DNA of 64,000 nucleotides, from positions 126,914,001-126,978,000 of the forward strand of contig OZ360223.1 in the NCBI GenBank assembly GCA_977017645.1, in the 5' to 3' direction. Position numbers and translations under genes: made by a program. The notes under the pieces are model-generated. The model was not told the origin of the DNA, made no database searches, and worked only from the letters and a program-made list of their open reading frames with translations. Positions 34,548 through 48,302 of this stretch are shown piece after piece (the stretch's first letter is position 1; each line of letters begins with the position of its first letter). Origin of the DNA: Torpedo marmorata. Lineage: Eukaryota.

Positions 34548-37500
34548 TTTTGTGTTTTGGAGAACCTCTGAGTATAGTCAGAGGTTTTAGTAGTTAACGT
34601 ACACCGTCAAACAAACAGAGACAAGGCACACATGACTTGATAGAGTTAGATCTAAGACTCATAGCACATGGTCCAAGCAATGGTCCAGTCACATTCTGAG
34701 GTGGTTCAGTCATAGCCGTACAGAACTTCCATTTTACCATATATGGTTATAGTGGACATTCCTTGGGTAGTAAATATGCAACAGACCATTTACATACAAC
34801 AATGAGGTTAATGACTTACTAATGAAGTTACTACTTTCCTCCCTTCTAGATCATGACTTCTATAACTCTTAAGTCATGTGTCTTCAAGAAAACATGTGAT
34901 CACACTTTTCAACTCGGTACAAGTGCATACAATAAATATTGTACCTTATCCTTTTAACAATATCAAAGATTTAGTTTCTGCTGTTTCAATTCCAAATCAA
35001 TTACCCAACGACTTGTGTATTATTGCTTATTACAGTACATTTTATTTTATGAGGGAGTGTACCGGTCATTTCAGACTTTACTTTAAATCTGTAATTATGA
35101 CATAACAGAACATACTTAGGCCTATCATTACACAGACTTATACAATACCATGAGCTTACGGTTCATAACGCTTTGGAGGTCGAACGACTCTGCCTGACCG
35201 TGTAACTACGAGTGGGATTTCTTTGTCGATTTGAGCTGGGAGTGATTGGTCACTAAGATCCGAATTAGGAGTCGAGTGTGAACTGAGTGTCGGTACTGAA
35301 TTTGGAGTCGAATGTGAATTGGGTGTCGGGACTGCATCATCATCTAAATCAACAAGTGTGTGCGGTTCAGACGGGTCATCTACAGATTCATTACTCCTAG
35401 AGTCATCTGGGATCAGATGATCTGCATGAACAAACCTTCTATTGTTTCCTGGTACTCTAACCAAATATGTGAGCGGTCCCTTTATTGATACTATAGTCCC
35501 AGGTAGCCATCTTTCCTTCCCTCCCCTCATGTTTCTGACTCTAACTGATTGATAAAGATCAAATGATCGCATTTTGGGATGCGCCCCGTCTCTTTGATCT
35601 TTGGTTGCGATTTGTTTCTTCTCTACTTTCTGTTTGAGACTGGGCTTCACTAAAGAAAGTTGAGTTCGCGGAGCGCGCTTGAGGAATAACTCTGCTGGAA
35701 TTTTTCCGGTGCTTGTGTGTGGTGTATTTCTGGAATGAAACAACGCGTTTGCTACCTTATGTTGGATGGGTAGCTTCTTGTCTGATTTTTCAAGCAGCCG
35801 CTTGAAAGTCTGAACATGCCTTTCGGCTAAAGCATTCCTGTCTGGGTGGTATGGAGGGCAAACGGTGTACTTGATGCCATTACCCTTGAGGAATGATGCA
35901 AACTCCTCAGATGTAAACTGCGGGCCATTATCACTAATTACCTGTAAGGGCAATCCAAAACGGGCAAATAGTGATCGCAGCGCCGTGATGGTAGCAGCTG
36001 ATGTAGTGCTACTCATCGGAAATGCTTCCAGCCACTTCGAATGGCTGTCTACTACAAGTAGAAATTGCTGACCTTTGACTTTGGAAAAGTCAATGTGAAT
36101 TCTCTGCCATGGATCCGTGGCCCAAGGCCAGAGCAGCAATGGTACTTGTTTAGGTGTGTTATGAGCTTCAACACACGTAGAACAAGTGCGCACTGTGTCT
36201 TCGATATCCTGGTCGATACCAGGCCACCAAATGAATGATCGTGCAAGAGCCTTCATTCGGCTCATGCCAGGGTGACATTCATGTAATTCCTTGAGTAGGT
36301 GCTGGCGCTGCACCTCTGGGATGACAACTCATCTACCCCATAGAATGCATCCATCTTCCAAGGACAACTCGTGTCGACGCGTGAAATATGGTTGCAGCGA
36401 TGCATCCTCGTTATGATTTGCCCATCCCGACAGGGTGTGTTCATACACCTTTGCAAGCACATGATCTTTTCTTGTTCGATCTGCAATTTGCTGTGCAGTT
36501 ACTGGTAGATGATCTACAGTAGTTTGATGCGCGTACACCTCATCTGGATGAGGAGTAGCAGTAGTCAGGGGTAACCTACTCAATAGGTCTGCATTTGCGT
36601 TGCGAGACGAAGATCGATATTCAATCTGATATCGATAGCCAGAGAGGAGCAAAGCCCATCTCTGCATGCGAGCAGCAGCCATAGGGGGAATCCCCGATTT
36701 CGGACCGAAATGGCTGATGGTCTGTAACGATAGTGAAATTTTTGCCATAAAGGTAGAGGTGAAACTTCCGCACGCCAAGCACAATCGCCAAGCCTTCCTT
36801 GTCTATTTGCGCATAGTTTTTCTCAGCAGCGCTCAGCGTTCTCGACGCATATGCAATTGGCTTTTCTGAGCCGTCATCCAGTTTGTGACTTAAGACAGCC
36901 CCTAGTCCATAGGGACTTGCATCCACACTCAAAACTAATGGTTTCAATGGATCATAATGGACTAGAACATGGTCACTAGCTAACATGTTTTTCGCACACT
37001 CAAATTCTTCTTCACATTTTGTGCACCATTTCCACTCTGCGGAGTGTTGCAGCAGCTCATAGAGCGGGTGTAGTTTTTAGCTCAGATTTGGAACGAATTT
37101 CCCATAGTAATTTATCATCCCGAGGAAATATTTCAGTTCAGAGACGTTCTCTGGTCTTCGCGCATTTTTGATCTCCTCTACTTTGTCCTGCAATGGCTTA
37201 ATGCCATCAGCAGTGAGAATGTGTCTGAGGTAACTGATAGTCGGCTTCAGAAATTGGCACTTCACACGAATGAGTCGCACATTATTTTTGTCCAGCCGGG
37301 CAAACAGCTCTGCTGGTACCTTCATGTGCTGGTCGTAGGTATCGGTCGCGATCAAAATGTCATCGACGTAGCAAAAAACATGCTCCATGCCTGACAAAAT
37401 CTTGTCCATAGTCGCTTGGAACAAGACTGGCGTAGTTTTCACTCCAAAGCACAAGTGTTTGGGTGCAAGCAAGCCTTGAGAGTGTTGATCACGAGGAGTT

Positions 37501-39529
37501 CAGCCGACTCCTCATCGAGAAGGAGCTGGTTAAACGCACCAGCTAGGTCAATGACCAAATACACTTTCGGCGTAGTACCATCTTGTGCAAGTTTCGCGAA
37601 CAAATCTTACGCATTGGGCAGCTTATAGCCATCATCCTCGATGACCTCATTCACGCCTTGTAATCACCACACACGCGAATATTCCCTTGAGACTTGGGAA
37701 CATGAACTGTGGGCGAGGCCCACTCACTATGTGCAACAGGGGTCAGTATGTCCTCATTTATGAGCCGCTCATACTCTTTATTTACGGTTTCCACCAGTGC
37801 ATAGGCCACGGGTCGCGCTTTCTGAAACGTCGGTTTTGCACCTGGCTTGCGTTTAATTGAAGCAGTAAACCCTTTTATGCCCGATCCTTCCTTCCCAAAC
37901 AATCTTTCATGCTTTCTTAGAACTGAGTCCAACTCAGACTGGGCAGAAGATGTGGCCACCCGTTTATGGTGTGATTTAGGGGTTGGCTTGGGCTGAGATT
38001 TGGTCTCATTACCCTGATCCCTAACCACCAAAATGTTCTCCCATTTCAATCTGATTTTGGTAAGCCAGTCTCTCCCAAAGAGAGCTGGACGATTTCCTTT
38101 CACAATCAACAATTCAAGCATGAATGTTTCACAATTTTCGTACCGCACTGGGACAGTTATCTTACCACGGAGTGGTACGATCTCCCCACAGTAGCTCCTA
38201 AGGATGATATTTGTTTCCTCTGTTGGAAACTCTGACAATTTTGCATAGTACACCGAGTCAGACAGGGTCGAACGGGAAGCTCCTGTATCTACTTCCATCT
38301 CAATACATGCATTTCCTACATTTACGTTAACCTTATACGGTACAAATGTACGGTAGCACTCACCCTTAAGCTGAAACAACTCAAATGCCTTATCCGTTTG
38401 TACACTCTCAGTCTTAGAGTCATCGTCGGAATCAGTTTCAACAAATCTTGTCTTCTCGTGGCCATGCTTTGAGGGGAAACACACCGAGCGAATATGTCTT
38501 CGCTTCTTGCATCCGTGGCACGTAGAGTCTTTGAATCGGCAGGTGTCAGCCCGATGTTTTCCCCCACAGCACTTGCACTGCATCCCCTTGTTGAATGAGT
38601 TATAAGGAAATTTTGACGTCTGCTTCTTCCTCACCTGGCCTAGCCGATGTGCATCTCTGTTGCTGGCCGCTTTCCCCATGTAGTCCTGGTTTGCTGCCCC
38701 CGCCATCTCGTCAGCGATGCCTTTAGCCCTTGCGTTGTCGAACGTCAACTCCCAAACCGAAAGAAGATGTCGCTGAGTACGGGACATTTTGGGATGTAGT
38801 CCTGAAACAAGTCTGTCTCAGAGTGCCTCCTTCAAAAAAAGATCCAAAGGAACAAGTTGAATCCAAATGTTTCAGTCTGACGACAAAATCTGCCATGGAC
38901 TCTCTCTCTCCCTGTTGTGCCGTCCAAAAATTATGCCTCTCTGCAATGACGATAGGTGCCATCTTAAAATGTTCAGTAAGCTGCTTCTTTAAGTCTGCAT
39001 ATTCCTTTCTGCAGGGCTGATCCGGACTGCACAGATTTTTCAGCAACTTGTATGCCGCCGGTCCCACACTTGCAAGAAATAAACTCGTTTTCTTGCCCTC
39101 AGCAATGGTATTGGCATTGAAAAAGGCATCCATGTGATCAGCATAGTCCTCAAAAGACTCCACAGCCTCATCAAAAACACCAACATTACCGAAAACTGCC
39201 ATCGTGGGTACTTTAAAAGTCCTCGTCGCCAATTTTGTGTTTTGGAGAACCTCTGAGTATAGTCAGAGGTTTTAGTAGTACACCGTCAAACGAACAGAGA
39301 CAAGGCACACATGACTTGATAGAGTTAGATCTAAGACTCAAGTGGTTTATTCACATAGCACATGGTCCAAGCAATGGTTCAGTCACATTCCAAGGTGGTT
39401 CAGTCATAGCTGTACAGAACTTCCATTTTACCATATATGGTTATAGTGGACATTCCTTGGGTACTAAATATGCAACAGACCATTTACATATAACAATGAG
39501 GTTAATGACTTACTAATGAGGTTACTACT
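34548..39529 (-). mobile_element. Gypsy/Ty3 LTR retrotransposon (Mag-like), full length, frameshifted
   Basis: Direct LTRs 34548-34835 and 39233-39529; PBS TGGCGACGAGGAC (39231-39219); PPT AGAAGGGAGGAA next to the 3' LTR; TSD (T)TCGG. Confidence 0.94.
35156..39202 (-). pseudogene. Gypsy gag-pol (gag, zinc knuckles, protease VDTGA, RT YVDD, RNase H, integrase)
   Basis: Collinear ORF fragments 38723-39232, 37651-38787, 37077-37472, 36621-36986, 36329-36784 and an open integrase 35156-36313 (HIDF, SDNGPQF, LAER). Confidence 0.93.
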
Positions 39530-39777
39530 TCGGCGCAGACTAGAAGGACCAAAGGGTCTGTTTTCTGTGCTGTGATGTCCTATAGTTCTATGGTTCTATG
39601 AACCATTTTCTTCTACATCATTTAATTATGCTGTTTAAGAGCAGAGTTTACATAAGGTTGAATGTAAAGAAGTTTATTAAAGATAACAAGACATCAACAT
39701 CTGACCCTAGAGGTTGACCAGGGGTAAATTGAGGAAGGAGAGAAAAACACAGGGAAAAATGTTGGAAGGAAACATCA

Positions 39778-40080
39778 AAGATAGAACACAGAACATTACA
39801 GCACAGTACAGGCCCTTCGGCCCACAATGTTGTGCCGACCTATGTCAACCTACTCCACAACAATCTAAACCTTCCCTACTTCACACCCATAACCCTCTAT
39901 TTTTCTTACATCCACGTGCCTATGTAAGAGTCTTTTGAATGTCCCTATTGTACCAGCCTCCACCACTATCGCCGGCAATGCATTCCAGGCACCCACTACT
40001 CTCTGTGTAACAAATTTACCTCTGACGTCTCACTTAAACTTTCCTCCCCTCACCTTGTACAGATGTCCTCTTGTATTTGT
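39778..40080 (-). mobile_element. CR1-clade LINE tail
   Basis: agaacattacagcacagtacaggcccttcggcccac tail; same family as 43826-44123. Confidence 0.75.
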
Positions 40081-43000
40081 TTTGTAAGTACATAAAGATG
40101 TCTTGTAAATACATAATGGTAAAAAGTATTACAAGGGAAAGGGTAGTTCCTGGTCAAGACCAATTGGCAGAGCTGTTAAGAGATTGAAAATACATCTGTG
40201 GTTGTAAATGAATATATTGGGGCAATAACAACTGGTGTTAACAGCATGAGGCAGAGTGAAGGATTGGAAATAATAAACAAAGAGGAGTGGAGGAGGGGCA
40301 TATTAAGGGGTTCAGTATCTTACGAAGTGGATAAAATTGTAGGACCTGATAAAAAATATAAAATGCATTCCAGACTTTAAAAAATAAAAGGAGTAAATAG
40401 TGCAAGTTCTGACTCTTTTGACTGCAGGTATAATGCTGGAGATTGCTGATGTGCTACCGTTGCTGAAGGAGGGAGAGAAGATGACTAATGGCAAACCAAT
40501 CAATCTGGTGCAAATAAAATATCGAGAGTCGGCACAGATCTTCATTTAGAGAAGCATGGGTTAATTGAGATCAGGAGTTGTTAAGGGAAGGTGGTGTCTG
40601 AATAACTTGATAACCAAGAGGTGGGAAAGGGGAATAACAGAGATAGCTCCAGGTTTGGGCAGTATGGACACCACTCTTTATGCTGAAAGTGATTCCGTCT
40701 GTCTGAGTCGCAGTCCAGAGACAAGGGGACATCAGCTGACACCAGGGAGGGAGAGAAAGGGACTGCACTCTGGTAAACGACCCTACGGAACTATTTCAAA
40801 AGACTAGGGAGCTCTCCAAGGTGTCCTGGATCTAGTGTTTGTGTTGCAGCCAACGCCTAGATCACAGCTTACTTGGCCATTTATCTCCTGTCTCTCTGTG
40901 TCAGTGCAGTAAAATGTTTCAAAGTGTAAATGGTTACATTTATTTGTCACATAATACTGAGAACAGTGAGATAGGTCCTTATGTGAGTAAACTAACAGGT
41001 TATCTCTAACATTCATACAGCCGAGTGAAGAACACAATTTACAGAGTATCAGATTGCAATGAAAAGGAAGATCAATTAGCACCAAGCAAGGGCAGCGTGA
41101 GAGAACTGTTGTGGGGTTCATTCAGGAGCCTGATGGCTGCAGGGAAGAAACTTGTATTTAAGCCTGTTGGTGCACACTTTCACACTCTTAAGCCTTCTCC
41201 TTGATGGAAATGGGAAGATAAATGTCTATCATTAAGTATATTATTGTGGTAGTCGTCTTTTAGTTGTTTTGTTAGTTCTATTTATTTTACAAAGTACCTG
41301 TTCATCTGCAAAGTCAGAATTTCAGTGCATATGTACATTACATTAAACTCATAGAACATAGAACATAGAAATCTACAAAACAGTACAGGCCCTTCGGCCC
41401 ACAGTGCTGTGCCGACCTAATAACCGACTCTACCAACTGCCTAGAATTTTCCTACTCTATAAACCCTCAATTCAATACTTAGATTGTCGATCTGTTACAG
41501 CCCCTAGCCCAGGCTGGAGAAGGTGGGACATGTTGATCACCTGAATTTAAAACCAAGCTGTGATATCTAGCTTGTTGAATAATGGATGTACTTTGTTCAG
41601 CGGTTCCTAGGGGAATGAGAACTGGGAGATAAACTCTCTCTTGTCCAGCCCAGAGCTAAGACTGCAGTTTCTCCCACCGCTTCACATCCAGGGAGTTTCA
41701 CACAGGTTCAGTTTTACATGGTCACATCAGGAGAACATAAGAAATAGATGCAGGGGTGGCTGTTTTTGCCCCTCAAGTATGCCCCACTCATCCTGATCAT
41801 GCACCTCTTTCAAAATCTGCTGTTTCCCTCAGTCCAAAAATCCACAGATCTCATTTGTGAATATTCTCGAGGATACCTGGGGGGTTAGGGTTGGGGTTAG
41901 GGTCCAAAAATTCACCCCCTCTTCCTGCCTCCTCCTTGTAAAGATGGTTCTTCTCACCTCAGACCTAAGTGGACAATTCCTTATCTTGAGACGCCGACCC
42001 TGGCTCCAGTCTCAGGTGGGTTGGAATTAAGTTAAAGATCAGCCTAAAATCCTTCACTGGCAGTATACCTCGAGATGATGAATGTCGGCCTTTATCCCTG
42101 GATTCACAACAAGGAAAGAGATTACAAAAGCAAAAACACAGCAGATTTTGGAAATCTAAAATGTGTTCTCCAGGAGGTAATGTGCACTAGCAATTAAGTT
42201 CAAAGTTATTGTCACATTTGCTAAAGTGCAGCAAGATAGTCTGTAAATTGTCAGGTTCATCAATTAAATCAATTAGTCAGTGATTTGGAAATTGGAGTTA
42301 CTGAAACCAGGAACTCCCTGTTGTCTTCTGTCAAGAAATATATGAAGTTACTGAAAGTTGTCAATGATGAAAATAATTGCTGCAGCAAGCTTCATTAACA
42401 GTGTTGTGGGAAAGAGCTCCCATCTCTGGGTTGAGATTGTGATTGGGGAGTTCAGTACCCACTGCCTGTCAAAGTGTTGCTAAGTGACTGTGAGTTATTG
42501 AATGACCAATGTGTCTGACGGTGAAGGCCTTTAGCCAAATGACTGCAGACAGTTCTTGCCCAGACTGGCAGGAATACTGGCCCCACACTGCAGCAGAGGG
42601 GAAGGTGTCAGGAGAGTGTTGGAGACCGCATGTCTAAATGATACCAGTCTGTGCCAATGAAAGGAGCAATTGTTGGAATAAAAGCCTGGAGTAAAATGAA
42701 AGGACAGACTACCCTTTGCACCATGCCTGCATGACCTCGGGACATCCCAGAGTGTCTCTCAGCCAATGACGCAGGTTCTTTTGATTATACTTTCCGCACA
42801 GCTCGAACCCACAAACAGCAACATTGTGAGAACTAGATACTTTTAGTAAAGTTGGTTGAGGGTGTAAAAACAAATAGAACTTCCTGGTTTTTCTTTGAGT
42901 AATGTTGGGGATCTTTCCTCATAGAATCCTATCATCAGAAACCTGTTCTGGACAGTTGAGGCCCTTTGGCCCATATTTAATGCCAGTTCCACTAAAGCCA

Positions 43001-43825
43001 TCTGTGTCCAGCTGTGAATTCCCTCAGAAGGCATAGATTGATTGTGTTTCCACATCTGCACTCTCCAATTTGATACTATTACAGAAGAAGGTCATTTGGC
43101 CCGTCATAACCACGCCAGTTCCTTTCTAGAGCAACTAACTTGTTTGACTTTTCCTCTGAGTGCTTGCAAATTTTTCTTAACCATGTACGAGCCGGTTTAC
43201 CTCATAGGCCAGGTGGATGCATCCTCCACCTCTCGACAGAAAGGGTGTACCAGATTCCAGAAACAAACTGCATAAACCTAACAGTCCCTCGTGTCATAAA
43301 AGACTCTCGTCAACCTGGCCATGCCCTCTTCTCACTGCTACCCAGGCAGAAGGTACAGAAGCCTGAAGACCAGCACCTCTATGTTCAAGAACATTTTATT
43401 TCCAACTGCTATCGGGCTCTTGAACCTCCCCGTACTACTCTATCCCTCACTAATTCAAGACCATTAAAGATCTATCTGCCCCACTTATACAACACCTTTA
43501 TTGTACTACGACCAAATGTTAATATTTATAATTTATTTTTATTTCTTTATTTTATTTTCTGTGATGTGTGTTTTACGTAACTGGGAAGCTCCATCAGTGA
43601 AAACTTGAATTGAATCTGTACATTGTACTTAAGTATTCATTTTTAGTTCTTAGCCCTCATTCTGAAACTGAAACCTCAAATTCTTGACCCCCTCCACCAA
43701 CAGGAAGGGCCTTCCAGTGTACTCTGTCTCCCCGCTGTTCACCTCTTTACATACTTACATCAGCTTCCCTTCCCTCCTCCAAAACACCCTCCAAGCCTCT
43801 CAAATCTGTGTAAATGCAGGTCTTT

Positions 43826-46230
43826 AGAACATAGAACATTACAGCACAGTACAGGCCCTTCGGCCCACGATGTTGTGCCGACCTATATCAACCTACTCAA
43901 AAAACGAAACCTTCCCTACCTCATAACCCTCTATTTTTCTTGCATCCATGTGCCTGTCTAAGAGTCTTTTAAATGTCCCCATTGTACCAACCTCCACCAT
44001 CACCACTGGCATTGCATTCCAGGCACACACTACTCTCTGTATAAAAAAAACTTACCCCTGACATCTCCCTTAAACTTTCCTCCCCTCACTTTGTACAGAT
44101 GTCCTGTGGTGTTTGCTACTCTTTTTTATTTATTTATTTTTTATTTTATTTAAATTTTCAAATCACAAAATACATAAAATAAAATGCATATATTTGAAAA
44201 TACATGTGATATACATTTTCTCCCCCCCTTCCCACCCTCCCCTCCCTAACCCCTATATCCCCCTACTCTAAAAAAAAAAATAGTAAAAGAGAAAAAGAAA
44301 AAAGAAAGATAGAAAAATAGAGTGAGGAGAAAACAAGCTTCAAACTAATTCTACCATAGAGGTTATTTTCGCCAGTGGATCCGATATCCAGAGAGTTTAA
44401 ATTGTTAAACCCATAATTCTCATATATGGGCCCCAAATTTTCAAGAAAAAATGATATTTGTTACGCAAATTATAGGTAATTTTTTCTAATGGTATACATG
44501 AACGTAATTCTGCATGCCATCTTTCTAAATTTAAATCTACATCTGACTTCCAAGTAATAGCTATACACTTTTTCGAAACTGCTAATACTATACGTAGAAA
44601 TTCTACTTGGTACATATTTAATCTATTTCTAATACTAAATTTTCTAATATCTCCAAATAAAAATAACATAGGATCCATCGTAAACACAACATTAAAAATT
44701 CTCTCTAAAAAATTCTTAACTTTCAACCAAAAGTCTTGAATTTTTGAACATAACCATGTACAGTGAACAAAAGAGCCTATTTCACTCTTACATCTAAAAC
44801 ACATATCGGATAATGCTGGATTAAATTTCTTCAATTTTTTAGTTGTTAAATATAATTGATGAAAGAAATTATATTGTACTAGTATATATCTAACATTAAT
44901 AACTTTAGTCATACTTAATTTACATAAGTCTTTCCAATGATTTTCATCTATATTAACATTTAAGTCTAGTTCCCATTTTAATCTAGATTTATGTAACCCT
45001 ACTTTAGACATCTTTCTCTGAAATAGTTTATACATTTGTGATATAAACTTATTAATATTAACTTTAGTAATTAACAATTCCAATTCATTTTGTCTTGGTG
45101 CTACTAATTCATTCCCTAATATCTCAGTCAAAAAGGCTTTAACTTGAAAATAAACTAACATTGTATTATCTAGTATATTAAATTTTTCTTTTAACCTTTG
45201 AAAAGTAACAAATCTACCAGCTTCAAAACAATCTTTCAAGGTCTTAATTCCCTTTTGAAACCATAATTTAAGTAACTGATTATCAATAGAGAATGGTATA
45301 AGCAAATTTTGGTATATTGGTGTATTTAAAGAAATTGATCCTTTCTGCCCTATTTCTTTATCTACCTGTGACCAAATTTCCAACAAATGTTTAATAATTG
45401 GTGAATTTTTCTTTTTAGCTAATAATAATTTAGAGTTCCACTTATAAATAATCTCTTCTTTATGTATTTAGATAAATTAACATGGAATTATGAGATGGGA
45501 GGACTGCAACTTCCTAATTTTCAGTATTACTATAAAGCAGCTCAATTAAAATTTATTAATGAATTTTTTGATTCAACTAAATCTTCTGCTTGGATTAATA
45601 TAGAATTGAATAATATAGGTGTTTGCTACTCTTGCTCCAGGAAAAAGGAGCTGGCTGTCCACCATAACAATGCCTCTCATAATCTTGTAGACCTCTATTA
45701 AGTCACCTTTCATCCTTCTTCGCTACAAAGAGAAAATCCCTTGCTCTGTTAACCTTGACTCATAAGACATGTTATCCAATCCAGGCAACATCCTGCTAAA
45801 TCTCCTCTGTACCCTCTCCATAGCTTCCACATCCTTCCTGTAATGAGGCGACCAGAACTGAACACAATATTCCAAATGTGGTCTAACCAGAGTTTTATAG
45901 AGCTGCAACATTACCTCTCAACTCTTGAACTCAATCTCCTGACTAATGAAGCCCAGCATTCTGTAAGCCTTCTTAACTACCCTATCAACCTGCGAAGCAA
46001 CCTTGAGATATGCATGGATTTGGACCCCAAGGTCCCTCTGTTCTTCCACAGTGTTAAGAATTTTACCATTAATTATGTAGTCTGCCATCAAGTTTGACCT
46101 TCAAAAATGTATCACCTCACACTTATCCGGATTGAACTCCATCTGCCACTTTTCCGCCCAACTCTGCATCCTATATCCTGTTGTAACCTATGACAACCTT
46201 TTACGCTATCCACAACCTTCGTGTCATCTG
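43826..46230 (-). mobile_element. CR1-clade LINE 3' portion split by L1-D
   Basis: MLQLYKTLVRPHLEYCVQFWSPHYRKDV (45723-45911); tail at 43826-44123; halves joined by the L1 TSD. Confidence 0.88.
44124..45617 (-). mobile_element. L1-clade LINE (L1-D), 5'-truncated with a 5' inversion (45462-45617)
   Basis: 16-bp TSD ggtgtttgctactctt (44108-44123, 45618-45633); 329-aa ORF2 C-terminus on - strand; immediately upstream ORF2 segment on + strand. Confidence 0.92.
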
Positions 46231-46379
46231 ACATATATCAGCAGCAGCAATTCCTACCACACAGGAATGACTTCTCTGTCTGTTTATGCGTTGGTAAAGA
46301 ATCTGAAGTTCTTTCCTTCTTTTTCCTTGGCCAGAAGCCTGTACCAATGAATCAGTCCTGAGGAATGAGTCTTAGAGTT

Positions 46380-46830
46380 AGCATGTCCATGTTGACCAAG
46401 TTTGCCATCTCAGTAAGTCCCATTTGCCTGCATTTAGCTCTTATTCAACCAAAGTTTTCCTATACATGTGGCAGTCTAAACGTCTTTGAAACACTGTAAT
46501 TGTACCCATCTCTATCACTTCCTCTGGCAGCTCGTTCCACACACCCACACCCTCTGTGTGAAAAAGTTGCCCTCAGGTCCCTTTTAAATCTCCCCCTTTG
46601 ACTTAAACCTAGTTTTAGACTCCAATATCCTGGTATATGTCTGTGACCATTCACTTTATCGATGGCCCACGTGTTGTTATAAACCTCCATACGGTTACCC
46701 CCTCAATTGCCTATGCTCCAGGGAGAAAAGTCCCAGCCTATCCAGCTTTTCCTTACAATTCAAGCCCATTAAATTCTGGTAACATTCTCATGAATCTTTT
46801 CTGCACCTTTTCCGGTTTAGTGACATTCTT
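46380..46830 (-). mobile_element. CR1-clade LINE 3' fragment
   Basis: Degenerate ttcacacagagg..gtggaacgagctgccagagg motif and CR1 tail. Confidence 0.75.
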
Positions 46831-46849
46831 TAGTGACATTCTTCCTGGA

Positions 46850-47760
46850 CAAGGCATATAAGATATTAGTGAGGCCAATTTTGGAGTATAGTGTGCACGT
46901 TTGGTCACCTAATTACAGGAAAGGTACTAATAAGATTGAAAGTGTCCAGAAATGATTTACAAGGATGTTGCCAGGATTTGAGGAACTGAGTTACAGGGAA
47001 AAGTTAAACAGGTTAGTACTTCATTCCTTAGAGGGTCAGAGTATGAGGGCAGATTGGATGGAGGTATACAAAATAATGATCGGTATAGAGTAAATACAAG
47101 CAGGCTGTTTCCACTGACGTTGGCTGAGACAAGAACTGGAGGACATGGGTTAAAGGTGAAAGGTGAAATGTTCAAAGGGAACATTAGGGGGAACTTCATG
47201 CAGAGAGTGGTGAGCGTGTGGAACGAGCTGCCAGCGAAAGTGATGAATGTGGGCTTGATTTTTGACATTTAAAATAAATTTGGACAGTTACATAGATGGG
47301 AGGGGTATGGAGGGCTATGGTCCGGATGCAGGTCAATGGTACTAGGCAGAATAATAGTTCGGTACAGCAGGCTCGGCGTCATGGGGGGGCATTCGCGGGC
47401 CATGCACCCCCAAATGAGTTATAGTGCCCCCCCCACCCACCCGCAGCACTAGCGTCACTAGGGGGTTGCAGACCGCACCAAAATGAATCACGTGGTTTAG
47501 TCTCCACGTACTATAAGCACGCGCGTTTGTCTGAAACACCGGAGGGAGGGGGAAGTGTGACGGCGCGGCGGACGGAGGCGGTCCATGGCAGGTATGGCAC
47601 CCGCTTCCCCCCCCCCACTGAGTGAGTCTCGAATGGCAGTTCGTGCCCCCCCGCAGTTACCCTAATGCCCCCCGATTAGATCTCTTCTGACGCCGACTCT
47701 GTGGTACAGACTAGAAGGGCCGAAGAGCCTGTTTCTGTGCTGCGATGTTCTATGGTTCTA
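46850..47760 (+). mobile_element. CR1-clade LINE 3' fragment with a hAT MITE in its tail
   Basis: LFPLTLAETRTGGHGLKVKG..QRVVSVWNELP; tail ...gttctatggttcta. Confidence 0.85.
47368..47701. mobile_element. Non-autonomous hAT-type element (MITE), 334 bp
   Basis: Imperfect 14-bp TIRs CAGGCTCGGCGTCA / TGACGCCGACTCTG and 8-bp TSD (c/t)ggtacag at 47360-47367 and 47702-47709. Confidence 0.85.
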
Positions 47761-47877
47761 AGGCGACCAGCACTGCGCACAGTATTCCAAACATGACCTT
47801 GTACGCTGTAAAATGCCATGCACACCATTAGCACCTATCTATCCACTTAACTGCCTTGTCACCTGAATTTCTTCCAG

Positions 47878-47994
47878 GTCTTCAAGGATGCTTTCCATCA
47901 ACTGCACAAGGAGACACCGAGAGTGGTTACTGAAGTCAACTTACTGATCAGAACATGGCTCAATGACAGGACACCAAGACAAGAAACAGACTAA
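47878..47994 (+). CDS. MGLL: MGLL-like paralog A, terminal coding exon with catalytic His
   Basis: ttccag|VFKDAFHQLHKETPRVVTEVNLLIRTWLNDRTPRQETD*; matches MGLL IYEGAYHVLHKELPEV. Confidence 0.94.
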   Translation, partial: VFKDAFHQLHKETPRVVTEVNLLIRTWLNDRTPRQETD

Positions 47995-48175
47995 TTTATA
48001 AACAAGCTAATTATGAAGGAACCCATCAAATCTATTTTGGAGTTAGGGGAGGGTGGGAGGGGGAATATTGATAAAAAATTATTTAAAGCCAGCTCATAGT
48101 AACAAAAATGTTTATTGAGAAAGTTACATTTAAGCAATTATCTCATCAGACTGTTTCCAGAAGAAAAAACAACAA

Positions 48176-48186
48176 ATTAAATTAAA
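48176..48186 (+). terminator. Candidate polyadenylation signal (two overlapping ATTAAA) for paralog A
   Basis: attaaattaaa about 180 nt after the stop, followed by a T-rich tract. Confidence 0.4.
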
Positions 48187-48302
48187 TTCTGTAAAAGGTA
48201 CTAATTTCCTTCTTTTTCCATCCATTGATCCAGTGAATGACCAAAAACATCTCCCTGTCTCTCTGTCAGCTGGTTCCCTGGTACCCAGGGTCATCTCTTC
48301 TT

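Noticed and set aside
41881-41902. Telomere-like TTAGGG repeats
   Set aside because: Only about three imperfect units; too short to call an interstitial telomeric site.
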